From a plasmid: DNA of 44,665 bases. Below, in pieces: positions 27,575-36,815 of the stretch. A program made the position numbers and the translations under genes. The DNA is taken from the sequence record NZ_CP102715.1; one strand, given 5' to 3'. The notes under the pieces were generated by a model. The model was not told the origin of the DNA. It did no database searches and was given only the letters and a program-made list of their open reading frames with translations. Within the stretch, counting starts at the first letter, position 1. The number at the start of each line of letters is the position of its first letter.

Positions 27575-27702
27575 CTAAAAAGCACCCAACTATATCTTCA
27601 AGCTTAACGGTCCACACGCAACGTAACACGCCAGATATTGAGGCTTATTTACCGGGGGCTCCAGAAATTCAGGCCATGTGTCGTGTTTAATAGAGAAACT
27701 AA

Positions 27703-27750
27703 AGCGGGCGACTAACGCAGAAAATTGCGTTGGTCGCCCGCTATTTTTGT
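27703..27750 (+). terminator. Rho-independent terminator downstream of pnuC
   Basis: AGCGGGCGACTAACGCAG / TGCGTTGGTCGCCCGCT stem followed by ATTTTTGTTT. Confidence 0.6.
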
Positions 27751-27846
27751 TTGAACCCAGGGATCTGAGATACCATCATGAGATACCATCAATGGTTAAG
27801 ATTCAACCCGGTTCGTTGTGGAGTGCTTACGATCATTCAATCATGA

Positions 27847-30747
27847 TCAAATAGTAAATCTATTTATAACTACTAAACCCAAGCTTAGCAATAACGTCAC
27901 TAGTCCAATTAACATCATACCCATTGATGATTCATTACCTGTTTGAGGTAATTTACCTGTTTTTTCGTAGGTTTTACCTTGAGTGTAAGCCTTTGGTGTT
28001 ACCTTATTCCCATTATTAGGAACTTGAGGCTTCTTAGGCGTTGTCGGGTTATTAGGAACCTGGGGCTTCTTAGGTGTTGTCGGATTATGGGTATTAGTAA
28101 TATTGTAACCATCAACAGTACTGGTGTACCCGGCAACTGCATCTTCCGTTACCGTGTAGGTGATCTTCTGACCATTAGCGTAAGCAGCTAAGTTGTCGAA
28201 ACTGTATTGCCAGTTATCACTAGCACTAACCGTCTTACTTGCGACTTGTTGACCATTGGCCAATAAGTTCACGGTGATTGAACTTGGGCGGATTCCATCT
28301 TGATTGTTGTTATCGTTCCAAGTCTTGGTTCCAGATACCTTGACGGTGGCAGGAGTGTGGTTGTTAGTTACGTTGTAACCATCAACAGTACTTGTGTACC
28401 CAGCAACTGCATCTTCCGTTACCGTGTAGGTGATCTTCTGACCATTAGCGTAAGCAGCTAAGTTGTCGAAACTGTATTGCCAGTTATCACTAGCACTAAC
28501 CGTCTTACTTGCGACTTGTTGACCATTGGCCAATAAGTTCACGGTGATTGAACTTGGGCGGATTCCATCTTGATTGTTGTTATCGTTCCAAGTCTTGGTT
28601 CCAGATACCTTGACGGTGGCAGGAGTGTGGTTGTTAGTTACGTTGTAACCATCAACAGTACTTGTGTACCCAGCAACTGCATCTTCCGTTACCGTGTAGG
28701 TGATCTTCTGACCATTAGCGTAAGCAGCTAAGTTGTCGAAACTGTATTGCCAGTTATCACTAGCACTAACCGTCTTACTTGCGACTTGTTGACCATTGGC
28801 CAATAAGTTCACGGTGATTGAACTTGGGCGGATTCCATCTTGATTGTTGTTATCGTTCCAAGTCTTGGTTCCAGATACCTTGACGGTGGCAGGAGTGTGG
28901 TTGTTAGTTACGTTGTAACCATCAACAGTACTTGTGTACCCAGCAACTGCATCTTCCGTTACTGTGTAGGTAATCTTCTTATCATTTTCAAATTCAGGTA
29001 AGTTAGTGAAGCTGTACTTCCAGTTGTCTGATGCCTTCACTGTCTTACTCTGAACAACCTTACCATTAGCTAATAAGTTAACCTTGATTGAATCAGGGCG
29101 CTTGCCGTCTTGATCATCATTATCTTTCCAAGTCTTTGTACCTGAAACGGTAGTAACAGCTTTCTTATCTGTGATCGTTGCTGTTGCTCCCTTAGAGTCA
29201 AAACTATCAGCTGAAACAGTAACATCTTTAGCCAATGTATATCCCGATGGAGCCGAAGTTTCACGTATAATATAATCATCTTTTAGAAGACCATAAATTG
29301 TTCCTTTACCATCAGGACCAGTAGTTATGGTTCCAACAACCCCATTAGTTGACTTGCGAATAACAGAAAAAACAGCATTTGCAAGTGGGGCTCCAGATTC
29401 ATCCTCTTTATTTATAGTTAAACTATAATTATATCCATTAGCTTTGCCATTAGCCTCTTGGTAAAGAACTCTATTTATAGAACTGTTTATTACCTTCTTA
29501 TTAGATTTATAGCTAACATCATTCTCGACCAGTTCGCCATTAAGTAATGGATGGTTTGACTTAACCCGGTAGACAATTGCATAACCCTCAGATATATTGC
29601 CCAATTTCACTGTATAAGCACTATTGCTTGAATTAATATCAATGTTATATTGGCTTGTCACATCTTGTGGATTGCTCAATGTCCAATAGTTCTCAGAATT
29701 TCTTTCCCAATTCCCTTTAGAAATAGAAAAACTTCCGGGCACATAAGAAAAACCATCTGAAGCCAAACTATCAGAGATAACTACATTACTGACACTTTGC
29801 ATAGAGGCGTTAATGTTGACGTGATAGATAATTTCATTCTTGTTATTGTCATAATCAACATATCCGTACTTCCAAAAGTCTGTTGCTGTATCACCCTTGG
29901 AAGGTATGTGTTTTATACCAGATCTATCAATCGTAACGGTGTGCCCATTAATCTTGATTTCCGCTGGTATGGTCTCTTCTTTATTGATTTCACTTGTAGC
30001 GGCCGTTACTTGCATATCAATATGGCCACTTATTGAGTCATGTGAATCAACGTAATCGGTGTAGGTTAGAACAAGTGATTTGCTGGGCTTATCGATAACT
30101 GCTGTAGCTACAACAGTTTTGCCATCAGGTGCATAAATATTAAACTTCTGAGATCGTTGGAAATCTAACTGATCCGGTAATGAAATAGTTGTTGTATCCC
30201 CAGATTTGGCTGAATCTGGAACTGAGAAATCAAAAGAGAATTCTGTAGTTCCTCCACCTGAGATCTCCTTAGTTGATGATCTCTGATTGGTAATTGTAAT
30301 ATCAACGCTAGTTCCTTTATTATATGCAGATGGGGAACTATTATTCTTAGAAATACTATTAACTGATGGACCCTGATTAGTATTAGCCCCACTATTAGAA
30401 GTCGAGTATTGACTATTACTTATATAATTACGGTCCTCCTGAACTGGCTGATTATTGTCAGTTGGTGCTCTCGGTTGTGCTTCTGTATTAGTAACTTGTT
30501 TCTGAGACGTCTGATCGTCCGAAGAACTAGTATTATCTGTGGTATTACTATTAACGGTACTTATCTGCGGTTCTTCCTGTTGATTAATAACAGTCCCGGA
30601 CCCCGTACCGTTCTGAGTAATATTTGTCTTGCTATCAGCATATACGGTCATACCATTATTAGATGATATCCATATTGACCCTAATAACGAAAATAAGACT
30701 AGTCCCATCATAAATAAAAGTCGACGATGCCTAGATTTATTACTCAT
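27847..30747 (-). CDS. LPxTG-anchored surface adhesin with four tandem CnaB-type (isopeptide/B-repeat) domains
   Basis: Signal peptide (MSNKSRHRRLLFMMGLVLFSLLG; GAAGGAGG RBS before ATG 30747). S/T/N-rich stalk. 4x 90-aa repeats. C-terminal LPQTG plus TM plus basic tail. Confidence 0.85.
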   Translation of the reverse strand: MSNKSRHRRLLFMMGLVLFSLLGSIWISSNNGMTVYADSKTNITQNGTGSGTVINQQEEPQISTVNSNTTDNTSSSDDQTSQKQVTNTEAQPRAPTDNNQPVQEDRNYISNSQYSTSNSGANTNQGPSVNSISKNNSSPSAYNKGTSVDITITNQRSSTKEISGGGTTEFSFDFSVPDSAKSGDTTTISLPDQLDFQRSQKFNIYAPDGKTVVATAVIDKPSKSLVLTYTDYVDSHDSISGHIDMQVTAATSEINKEETIPAEIKINGHTVTIDRSGIKHIPSKGDTATDFWKYGYVDYDNNKNEIIYHVNINASMQSVSNVVISDSLASDGFSYVPGSFSISKGNWERNSENYWTLSNPQDVTSQYNIDINSSNSAYTVKLGNISEGYAIVYRVKSNHPLLNGELVENDVSYKSNKKVINSSINRVLYQEANGKANGYNYSLTINKEDESGAPLANAVFSVIRKSTNGVVGTITTGPDGKGTIYGLLKDDYIIRETSAPSGYTLAKDVTVSADSFDSKGATATITDKKAVTTVSGTKTWKDNDDQDGKRPDSIKVNLLANGKVVQSKTVKASDNWKYSFTNLPEFENDKKITYTVTEDAVAGYTSTVDGYNVTNNHTPATVKVSGTKTWNDNNNQDGIRPSSITVNLLANGQQVASKTVSASDNWQYSFDNLAAYANGQKITYTVTEDAVAGYTSTVDGYNVTNNHTPATVKVSGTKTWNDNNNQDGIRPSSITVNLLANGQQVASKTVSASDNWQYSFDNLAAYANGQKITYTVTEDAVAGYTSTVDGYNVTNNHTPATVKVSGTKTWNDNNNQDGIRPSSITVNLLANGQQVASKTVSASDNWQYSFDNLAAYANGQKITYTVTEDAVAGYTSTVDGYNITNTHNPTTPKKPQVPNNPTTPKKPQVPNNGNKVTPKAYTQGKTYEKTGKLPQTGNESSMGMMLIGLVTLLLSLGLVVINRFTI
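28060..29140. repeat. Four 270-bp tandem repeats (three near-identical, one diverged) inside the adhesin gene
   Basis: accgtgtaggtgatcttctg recurs at 28151, 28421 and 28691, and diverged at 28961. Exact 270-bp period. Confidence 0.85.
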
Positions 30748-30961
30748 ACTGTTGCCTCCTTCTTTGTTTTCTATGCGCAATACTAAAGATTATCACATAC
30801 CCTTATATTACCATATTCTTATAGGAAATTTCACACTAACTTCACCAACCGTCAACAGTGATATCACTAGTGTTAGCGTAGCTATCAAACGTATGTTTCC
30901 TTAAGCTGCTAGGAAGCTGATTAAAAATAGTCGAAAATCAGTTATAGTCATGCTATAATAT

Positions 30962-31095
30962 AGACAGAAAAAGGGAAGCCCTGCTAGAACAGGACTTCCC
31001 ATGCAAGCCGCTTCAAAGGCGGTGGCAGAAATTTAATAAACGATTTTAGCTCGTCCTGTGATCTCTACCAAAGTTACACAGGGCGGCTTTTTTAT
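30962..31095 (+). ncRNA. Candidate small structured RNA (type I antitoxin-like), copy B
   Basis: Same promoter (TGCTATAAT), hairpins and terminator as copy A, with substitutions that largely preserve the first stem (GGGAAGCCCTG..CAGGACTTCCC). Confidence 0.35.
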
Positions 31096-31181
31096 TTGTG
31101 GTGCTTGTCGATATAGCTGAGGAGCGCGATTAAAAACGTGCCAAACAGCAACATCAACGAGAGTGTCTGGAAGACGCTCAT
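31092..31181 (-). CDS. Fst/Ldr-like type I toxin peptide (29 aa), copy B
   Basis: Identical ORF to 23469-23558, within the 346-bp direct repeat. Confidence 0.45.
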   Translation of the reverse strand: MSVFQTLSLMLLFGTFLIALLSYIDKHHK

Positions 31182-31358
31182 TGACTGTGAAACCTTCCTG
31201 AAGATTATTCCATGGTCCCATGGGCCTCACCTCACAAGGGAAAAGACAGCCATCGCCCTTAAAACTTCTTGCTTAATCTATTATACAGGTAATTTACTGT
31301 ATGACCAAGCGCTCAACAACTATTAGAGTAATTATCAATGATGGAGGGGATTTTTTAA

Positions 31359-31885
31359 TGAATGCAATCATTTTTCATGGGTCAGCACCGCATGCTACAG
31401 CAGACAAGTTTTGGTATAAAAACATTGCTCATAGTTTAAACTCTTTAGGAATATCAACAATTGTGGCAGATTTACCAAAGCTTGATCAAGAATCGCTAAC
31501 AGATACACTCGTTAAAATTAGAGAAATGAACTTAGGCATTAATCAAAACACAATTTTAATCGGCCATTCTGCCGGGACAAATATTATCTTAGCTTTACTT
31601 GAACAACTAACAAAACCAGTTAAAGCTGTCTATTTGATTGCTGGCTATTGTCAACCTAATGGCATGCGTCACACAACCTTAAAAAAATCCTATGATTGGA
31701 AGACAATCAAGAAGAACTCAAATGAGTTTTATATATTCAATTCATTTAACGATCCTTTCAATTGTAATGAAAAGCAAGGAAGAAGTTTATTTAACCATTT
31801 GGGTGGAACACTTATTTTAAGAAATGATGGTCATTTTACCCAAAAAGAGCTGCCATTATTAATGACGCTACTGCAACAATACTAA
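31359..31885 (+). CDS. Alpha/beta hydrolase (YdeN/RBBP9-like serine hydrolase)
   Basis: Start MNAIIFHGS with GGAGGGG RBS; the track start at 31301 lies within the repeat. Nucleophile elbow GHSAG. Confidence 0.6.
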
Positions 31886-32006
31886 TCCCCCCTTTAGAAA
31901 AGTATATTAAATGGCCACTAGGGTATACCCTATTGGTCTTTTTTATTTCTGTGCTATACTAGGAATTACAAATGTTCATTAGAACTGTCCAAAAGGAGAA
32001 TTAGAA

Positions 32007-32612
32007 ATGGCTAAAATCGGTTATGCGCGTGTGAGTTCCAAGGAGCAACATTTAGATCGACAGTTAGCGGCTTTAAAAGACGTCGATAAATTATTTACGG
32101 ATAAATTAAGTGGGGCTAACACTAATCGGCCAGAACTGCAAAAAATGCTGGCCTATATTCGTGAGGGTGATATTGTCCTGGTTACTGAATTAGATCGCTT
32201 AGGCAGAAACAACCAGGATTTAACTAAGATCATGAACACCATTCAAAATAAGGGTGCTACCCTAGATGTGTTAAATTTGCCGTCCATGACAGGGATTGCT
32301 GACTCAAATTTACGTCAACTGATGACCAACTTGATTATTGAACTCTATAAGTATCAGGCCGAAAGTGAACGTAAACGAATCATTGAGCGCCAGCAGCAAG
32401 GGATTGCCTTAGCTAAGCAGCAGGGCAAATATCATGGACGCAAACCCCAATATGCCAAAGATGATCCCCGCTTGCAACATGCTTTTAAACTTTATCAGGC
32501 GGGCATGAGTGATGTAGATGTGGCTCGTAATACCGGGATTAAGCGAACAACTTTTATTCGATATCGTAAAAAATACGGGATCAGGGGAAACAGGGAACGC
32601 CCTTTCAGTTAG
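32007..32612 (+). CDS. Serine recombinase, resolvase family (full length)
   Basis: MAKIGYARVSSKEQHLDRQ catalytic-Ser N-terminus. C-terminal HTH. 201 aa. Confidence 0.9.
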   Translation: MAKIGYARVSSKEQHLDRQLAALKDVDKLFTDKLSGANTNRPELQKMLAYIREGDIVLVTELDRLGRNNQDLTKIMNTIQNKGATLDVLNLPSMTGIADSNLRQLMTNLIIELYKYQAESERKRIIERQQQGIALAKQQGKYHGRKPQYAKDDPRLQHAFKLYQAGMSDVDVARNTGIKRTTFIRYRKKYGIRGNRERPFS

Positions 32613-32681
32613 GCAGTGCTAACTAAAAAAGACGTTCCCTGTTTGTCTACTCAATAATCTTAACTAGATTAGTAAATCCAT

Positions 32682-34046
32682 TTAAATGTTTTTGGAATAT
32701 AAAAAATTTATTAAAATGTCAGCAATGACAATGATGACTACTACGAATAAAGCCAAATACCAATTTACTTGAATCCCGAGGAAGAGATTAGGGGAGGTTA
32801 AATTAATCAAGGTTGATCCTATAGCTGTACCACTTGCAATGGCAATGTTTTGCACCATTCGTTGTAGTGAACCGATTGTACCTTGGCTGTTAGCGGAACC
32901 TGATTGCATGATATTGCCAATATTAGCTGGCTGAAAATAACCTCCACCGACACCAAATAGGAACAGGCAACTAGTTACAACAATTGGCGGCCATTGAACA
33001 CCAACTAAAAGCAAACCAGCAAAGGCTAGTGCAATAACCACGAGACCCCAACGGCTAAACTTCTGATTTTTGGAACCGCCATTTTGACTACCAGAAACCC
33101 GTGAGAAAATGACTAATCCAACCGGTGCACCTAGGACTAATAGTCCCGTTACTCCAACGTCAATATGCATAACCTTTTCGAAAAGAAAGGGCGGAATTAA
33201 AAAGACAATTGCCGATGCAAACCCAAAGACTGCGGTTTGTAGCAGATATAGCCAGATCTTGGGGGCTTTAGAAAGAGTTCGGAAGTCTACTAGAGGCTCA
33301 TTTAGTCTAAATTCAAATGTATAGAAGCATACCCCTAAAACTAATCCACAAATAATTAGTGGAACAGCCAGCTTGAAACTAGTTGCCTTACTGAGAAGCG
33401 AAAAACCAGCCAATAAACAAATAATCATTGTGGCATTAATAATGCTACCCGATAAATCAAATCTTTGCTTCGCAGTATTTTCATGAATTTGGTGAATCAA
33501 TAAGTAATTACAAATCAATCCTAATATTGCGAAAGGCACATTGATCCAGAAAATTAATCGCCATACATTTAAAGCTAAAAAGAAACCGCCAATTGTTGGT
33601 CCTAGAATAGGACCCAAGCCAATCATGATTCCTAGTACCCCCAGAGCCTTGGAGACACGGTCGTGATCCATAAGCGTGGTGATTAGAGCAGCTGATGTTG
33701 CTTGTAAAGCAGCTGCGCCAATCCCTTGAATAATCCGAAAGATAATCAGACCCGAAATATTAGTCGCTAACCCACATAAAATCGATCCGAAACCAAATAT
33801 TAGTAATCCGATCAAAGAAACTTTGAGCTTACCAATTTGATCGCTTAGATAACCGAAGGGCAAAATCAACACTGCTAAGCTAGTTGTATAGCCAACTACA
33901 CTTAGAGCAGCAATACTGGTAGTCGAGTGAAACTGATGCTGCAAAAAAGGTAACGCAACATTAATAATTCCAGTATCTAATGTCGAAAGTAACATTCCCA
34001 TGCCAGCAATAAGAATGATTAAGTGATTCTTAGTTTGCTTAGTCAT
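32682..34046 (-). CDS. MFS transporter, DHA2 (14-TMS drug:H+ antiporter) family
   Basis: 14 predicted TM. N-terminal LLSTLDTGIINVALPFL. Motif A region GYLSDQIGK. Confidence 0.8.
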   Translation of the reverse strand: MTKQTKNHLIILIAGMGMLLSTLDTGIINVALPFLQHQFHSTTSIAALSVVGYTTSLAVLILPFGYLSDQIGKLKVSLIGLLIFGFGSILCGLATNISGLIIFRIIQGIGAAALQATSAALITTLMDHDRVSKALGVLGIMIGLGPILGPTIGGFFLALNVWRLIFWINVPFAILGLICNYLLIHQIHENTAKQRFDLSGSIINATMIICLLAGFSLLSKATSFKLAVPLIICGLVLGVCFYTFEFRLNEPLVDFRTLSKAPKIWLYLLQTAVFGFASAIVFLIPPFLFEKVMHIDVGVTGLLVLGAPVGLVIFSRVSGSQNGGSKNQKFSRWGLVVIALAFAGLLLVGVQWPPIVVTSCLFLFGVGGGYFQPANIGNIMQSGSANSQGTIGSLQRMVQNIAIASGTAIGSTLINLTSPNLFLGIQVNWYLALFVVVIIVIADILINFLYSKNI

Positions 34047-34171
34047 TATACATACACCTACTATCATTAATCATAAAAAGGACCTCCCTTGAATTACTGT
34101 AATTTCATGATAGAATTGTTTTTAAGTACAATCAAACGATTCTACAATTTTGAAATTGAAAGGCAACATTT

Positions 34172-35272
34172 ATGACTATTAAAATTAAGTTCGGCAACTA
34201 TGCCTGTCAAACCAATGAAACCCTTACTCAACGAATTCAGTTTGTATATTCTCCGCTAAATGAATTGTTTAGAAGCCTACATGTGCTATTGAACCCCCGT
34301 CACCATGGTATGAACATCGATTGGGCACTGGAAGCACAACGATCCTTAACCGACGATTTTTTTAATCAACTCCACTATTTTGAATTAATTTATGAATTAG
34401 GAACGCCGCCAATATTTTTTAATAACTTTGAACAGCTAACCGCGAACTTAGATGATGAAATCGACAATTTAAAACAATTTTTATCTCACGAGGATCCACA
34501 AGTTGTCGTCAAAAGCTTGGTACAGGTTGCTCAGCAGCGCGAAAATCAATTTATTCCTAAAATGGCTAAAAGCTTGGAGTGGCGAGATTATCAACCAACT
34601 AATCCACACCAACTCTTAAAAGACTTGCGCGTTAATCCTGCCAAGGTTTATGAGCAGCTATTTGCATTTATTGCAGATTATCGAAACCGAGTTTTTGATC
34701 AAACTTGGGTAGACCGTTCTCTTAGCCAATTTCTGGTTAATGAAATTAAAGATCAGTCAAAATATTTACGAGATAATGGCTTTGTCAAGCTTGTTAATCA
34801 TCTGGAGGTTGATCGATTGCATTGGCAACAAGATCAACTAATCGTCACTAAACCATTTGACCAGCAAATTGATTTAGGAAACCACGATGTCATTTTATTG
34901 GTACCAAGTTATTTTGTTTGGCCGCATCTTTTTGTTGATCGTTTTGCCGGCGGAGTAACCATTACTTATGATGCTCTTAATAAAATAAAAACTAAGGTGA
35001 ATCCAGATGAGTTAGTCAGTGTATTTAAGGCTTTAAGTGATCCGGTTCGATTGCGAATGCTGAAGTATTTAGCTGATGAACCCCTAACAACTCAATCATT
35101 AGGTCAGATTATGACCATGAGTGCATCAACGGTGTCCCATCATTTAAAGCTTCTAAAACAAGCTAGGTTAGTCAAAACTCAAAAGGACCGTAAATTTGTA
35201 TTGTACTCCCCGACCAGCTTAATTGCCGATCTCATTCCCGGGTTCTATTCATATTTAAATCAAGAAAATTAA
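34172..35272 (+). CDS. ArsR-family transcriptional regulator with large N-terminal domain of unknown function
   Basis: C-terminal FKALSDPVRLRMLKYLADEPLTTQSLGQIMTMSASTVSHHLKLLKQARLV is the ArsR/SmtB HTH. Confidence 0.55.
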   Translation: MTIKIKFGNYACQTNETLTQRIQFVYSPLNELFRSLHVLLNPRHHGMNIDWALEAQRSLTDDFFNQLHYFELIYELGTPPIFFNNFEQLTANLDDEIDNLKQFLSHEDPQVVVKSLVQVAQQRENQFIPKMAKSLEWRDYQPTNPHQLLKDLRVNPAKVYEQLFAFIADYRNRVFDQTWVDRSLSQFLVNEIKDQSKYLRDNGFVKLVNHLEVDRLHWQQDQLIVTKPFDQQIDLGNHDVILLVPSYFVWPHLFVDRFAGGVTITYDALNKIKTKVNPDELVSVFKALSDPVRLRMLKYLADEPLTTQSLGQIMTMSASTVSHHLKLLKQARLVKTQKDRKFVLYSPTSLIADLIPGFYSYLNQEN

Positions 35273-35292
35273 TTTAAAGGAGGATTTTAAAC

Positions 35293-35919
35293 ATGTTAAC
35301 TGAAAAAATACTATCAACATTGAGTTGCCAGAGATTTTTGACTCTCAATGAGATTTGCAAAGCGACTAATATTGACCATCTGATTGGCCAACAACAGCTA
35401 AAAAAATTAGAGAAGGATCGATTAATAGAGCGACGTTTCTTCGCCGGCAGAAGTTACTTCAAATTAACTGACGTAACCAAACCGACATCTGATCTGGGGA
35501 AAAAAACGTGGGATAAGCTGTCTCAGCGGAAATTAGCTATTCAAATTGGTCAGGCCAGAACTTGTTATCATCATTTAGCTGGACAGGCGGGGGTGCAACT
35601 ATTCCAATGGTTAAACCAAAACCACTTAGTTGAGAAACTATCTTTGGATCACTATGTTTTAACTGCTCAAGGGAAACGTCAATTTAGTCATTTTCTAGTG
35701 GAATCAGTCCAACAAACGCGTTTGCAGACGTGTATTGATTTTTCGGAACGCCTACCCCACTTATCGGGAGCGTTGGGAACCAGACTACTATCGCAATTGG
35801 TTAAAAACGATGTGGTTGCATTAACTAGTAAGCGTCAGATAAGAATTAATATTCCTTTGGCACGTTGGTTTAAGGAGGATTTTCTTGAAGACAAATCTAA
35901 CCAGATGTTCATGGGCTAA
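35293..35919 (+). CDS. Winged-helix DNA-binding protein (hypothetical)
   Basis: AAAGGAGG RBS. N-terminal wHTH-like LTLNEICKATNIDHLIGQQQLKKLEKDRLIERR. Confidence 0.35.
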   Translation: MLTEKILSTLSCQRFLTLNEICKATNIDHLIGQQQLKKLEKDRLIERRFFAGRSYFKLTDVTKPTSDLGKKTWDKLSQRKLAIQIGQARTCYHHLAGQAGVQLFQWLNQNHLVEKLSLDHYVLTAQGKRQFSHFLVESVQQTRLQTCIDFSERLPHLSGALGTRLLSQLVKNDVVALTSKRQIRINIPLARWFKEDFLEDKSNQMFMG

Positions 35920-36469
35920 TACGGATAATGCTCTTCTAAGAGACTATCACGATCATGAGTGGGGTCGGCCCTGCCATAATAACCGAATGCTATTCGAACT
36001 ATTGTCTTTAGAAATTATGCAAGCCGGATTAAGTTGGCAGACGGTGCTCAATAAGCGGCAGGCTTTGAAGGCTGCATTTGAAAATTTTGATTATCGAACA
36101 GTTCAAATGCTAGACTCCCAACTCCCCCAATTGTTGACTAATGACAAGATTATTCGAAACCGACGGAAAATCTTAGCAATTATTTCTAATGCAAGGATTA
36201 TTGATTCACTCGAAACTCAAAATAAATCATTCAATCAGTACCTCTGGGACTTCATCAAGTGGACACCAATTCAACATCATTATCAATCACATAAAGATCT
36301 ACCCAGGACCGATCAAACTGCTAGGCGAATTAGTAAGCAAATGAAGTCAGACGGTTTTAAGTTTACGGGTCCGGTCGTTATATATTCTTTTATGCAAGCT
36401 GCTGGGCTGGTCAACGATCACGAAATTTCCTGTTACCGCTATAAGGAAATTACCCAAACGCACGAATAA
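35885..36469 (+). CDS. tag: DNA-3-methyladenine glycosylase I (Tag)
   Basis: RCSWANTDNALLRDYHDHEWGRP..LFELLSLEIMQAGLSWQTVLNKRQ..IIRNRRKILAIISNAR..GPVVIYSFMQAAGLVNDHEISCYRY matches Tag throughout, including the Zn-ligand Cys/His. TTG start with AAGGAGG RBS. Confidence 0.8.
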   Translation: MKTNLTRCSWANTDNALLRDYHDHEWGRPCHNNRMLFELLSLEIMQAGLSWQTVLNKRQALKAAFENFDYRTVQMLDSQLPQLLTNDKIIRNRRKILAIISNARIIDSLETQNKSFNQYLWDFIKWTPIQHHYQSHKDLPRTDQTARRISKQMKSDGFKFTGPVVIYSFMQAAGLVNDHEISCYRYKEITQTHE

Positions 36470-36473
36470 TAAC

Positions 36474-36640
36474 TGCCCTGGCTAAACAACAAGGCAAATA
36501 TCATGGTCGGAAGCCTCAATATGCCAAAGATGATCCCCGGTTGCAACATGCTTTTAAACTTTATCAGGCGGGCATGAGTGATGTAGATGTGGCTCGTAAT
36601 ACCGGGATTAAGCGGACGACCTTTATCATGATGGGAATTA
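36474..36640 (+). pseudogene. Resolvase 3' fragment
   Basis: LAKQQGKYHGRKPQYAKDDPRLQHAFKLYQAGMSDVDVARNTGIKRTTFI.. This matches 32007-32612 residues ~135-190, then diverges or is deleted. Confidence 0.6.
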
Positions 36641-36730
36641 AGTTAGAGTGATATCATTTATTAATCAGAATGCAAACAACTGTGCTTCTTACCATGGTTT
36701 TTTAGGAATAGCGGTTTTACTAATTGTTGA
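36631..36730. repeat. ~100-bp direct repeat (copy 1), also found at 39790-39889
   Basis: atgatgggaatYaWgttagagtgRtatcatttattaatYRgaatgcaaacaactgtgcttcttaccatRgttttttaggaatagcggttttactaattg is shared. It is downstream of a resolvase fragment in both copies. Confidence 0.8.
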
Positions 36731-36815
36731 AATTAAAATGATACTGATAAAGTAAAAAAGAGCTAAGAAACCACCTAAAAAAGGTACCTCATATCCCCGA
36801 GGTACCTTTTTAAAT

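Noticed and set aside
31138-31326. 62-aa plus-strand ORF inside repeat copy B
   Set aside because: It is antisense to the candidate toxin ORF. It has no counterpart with a start codon in copy A, and no RBS.
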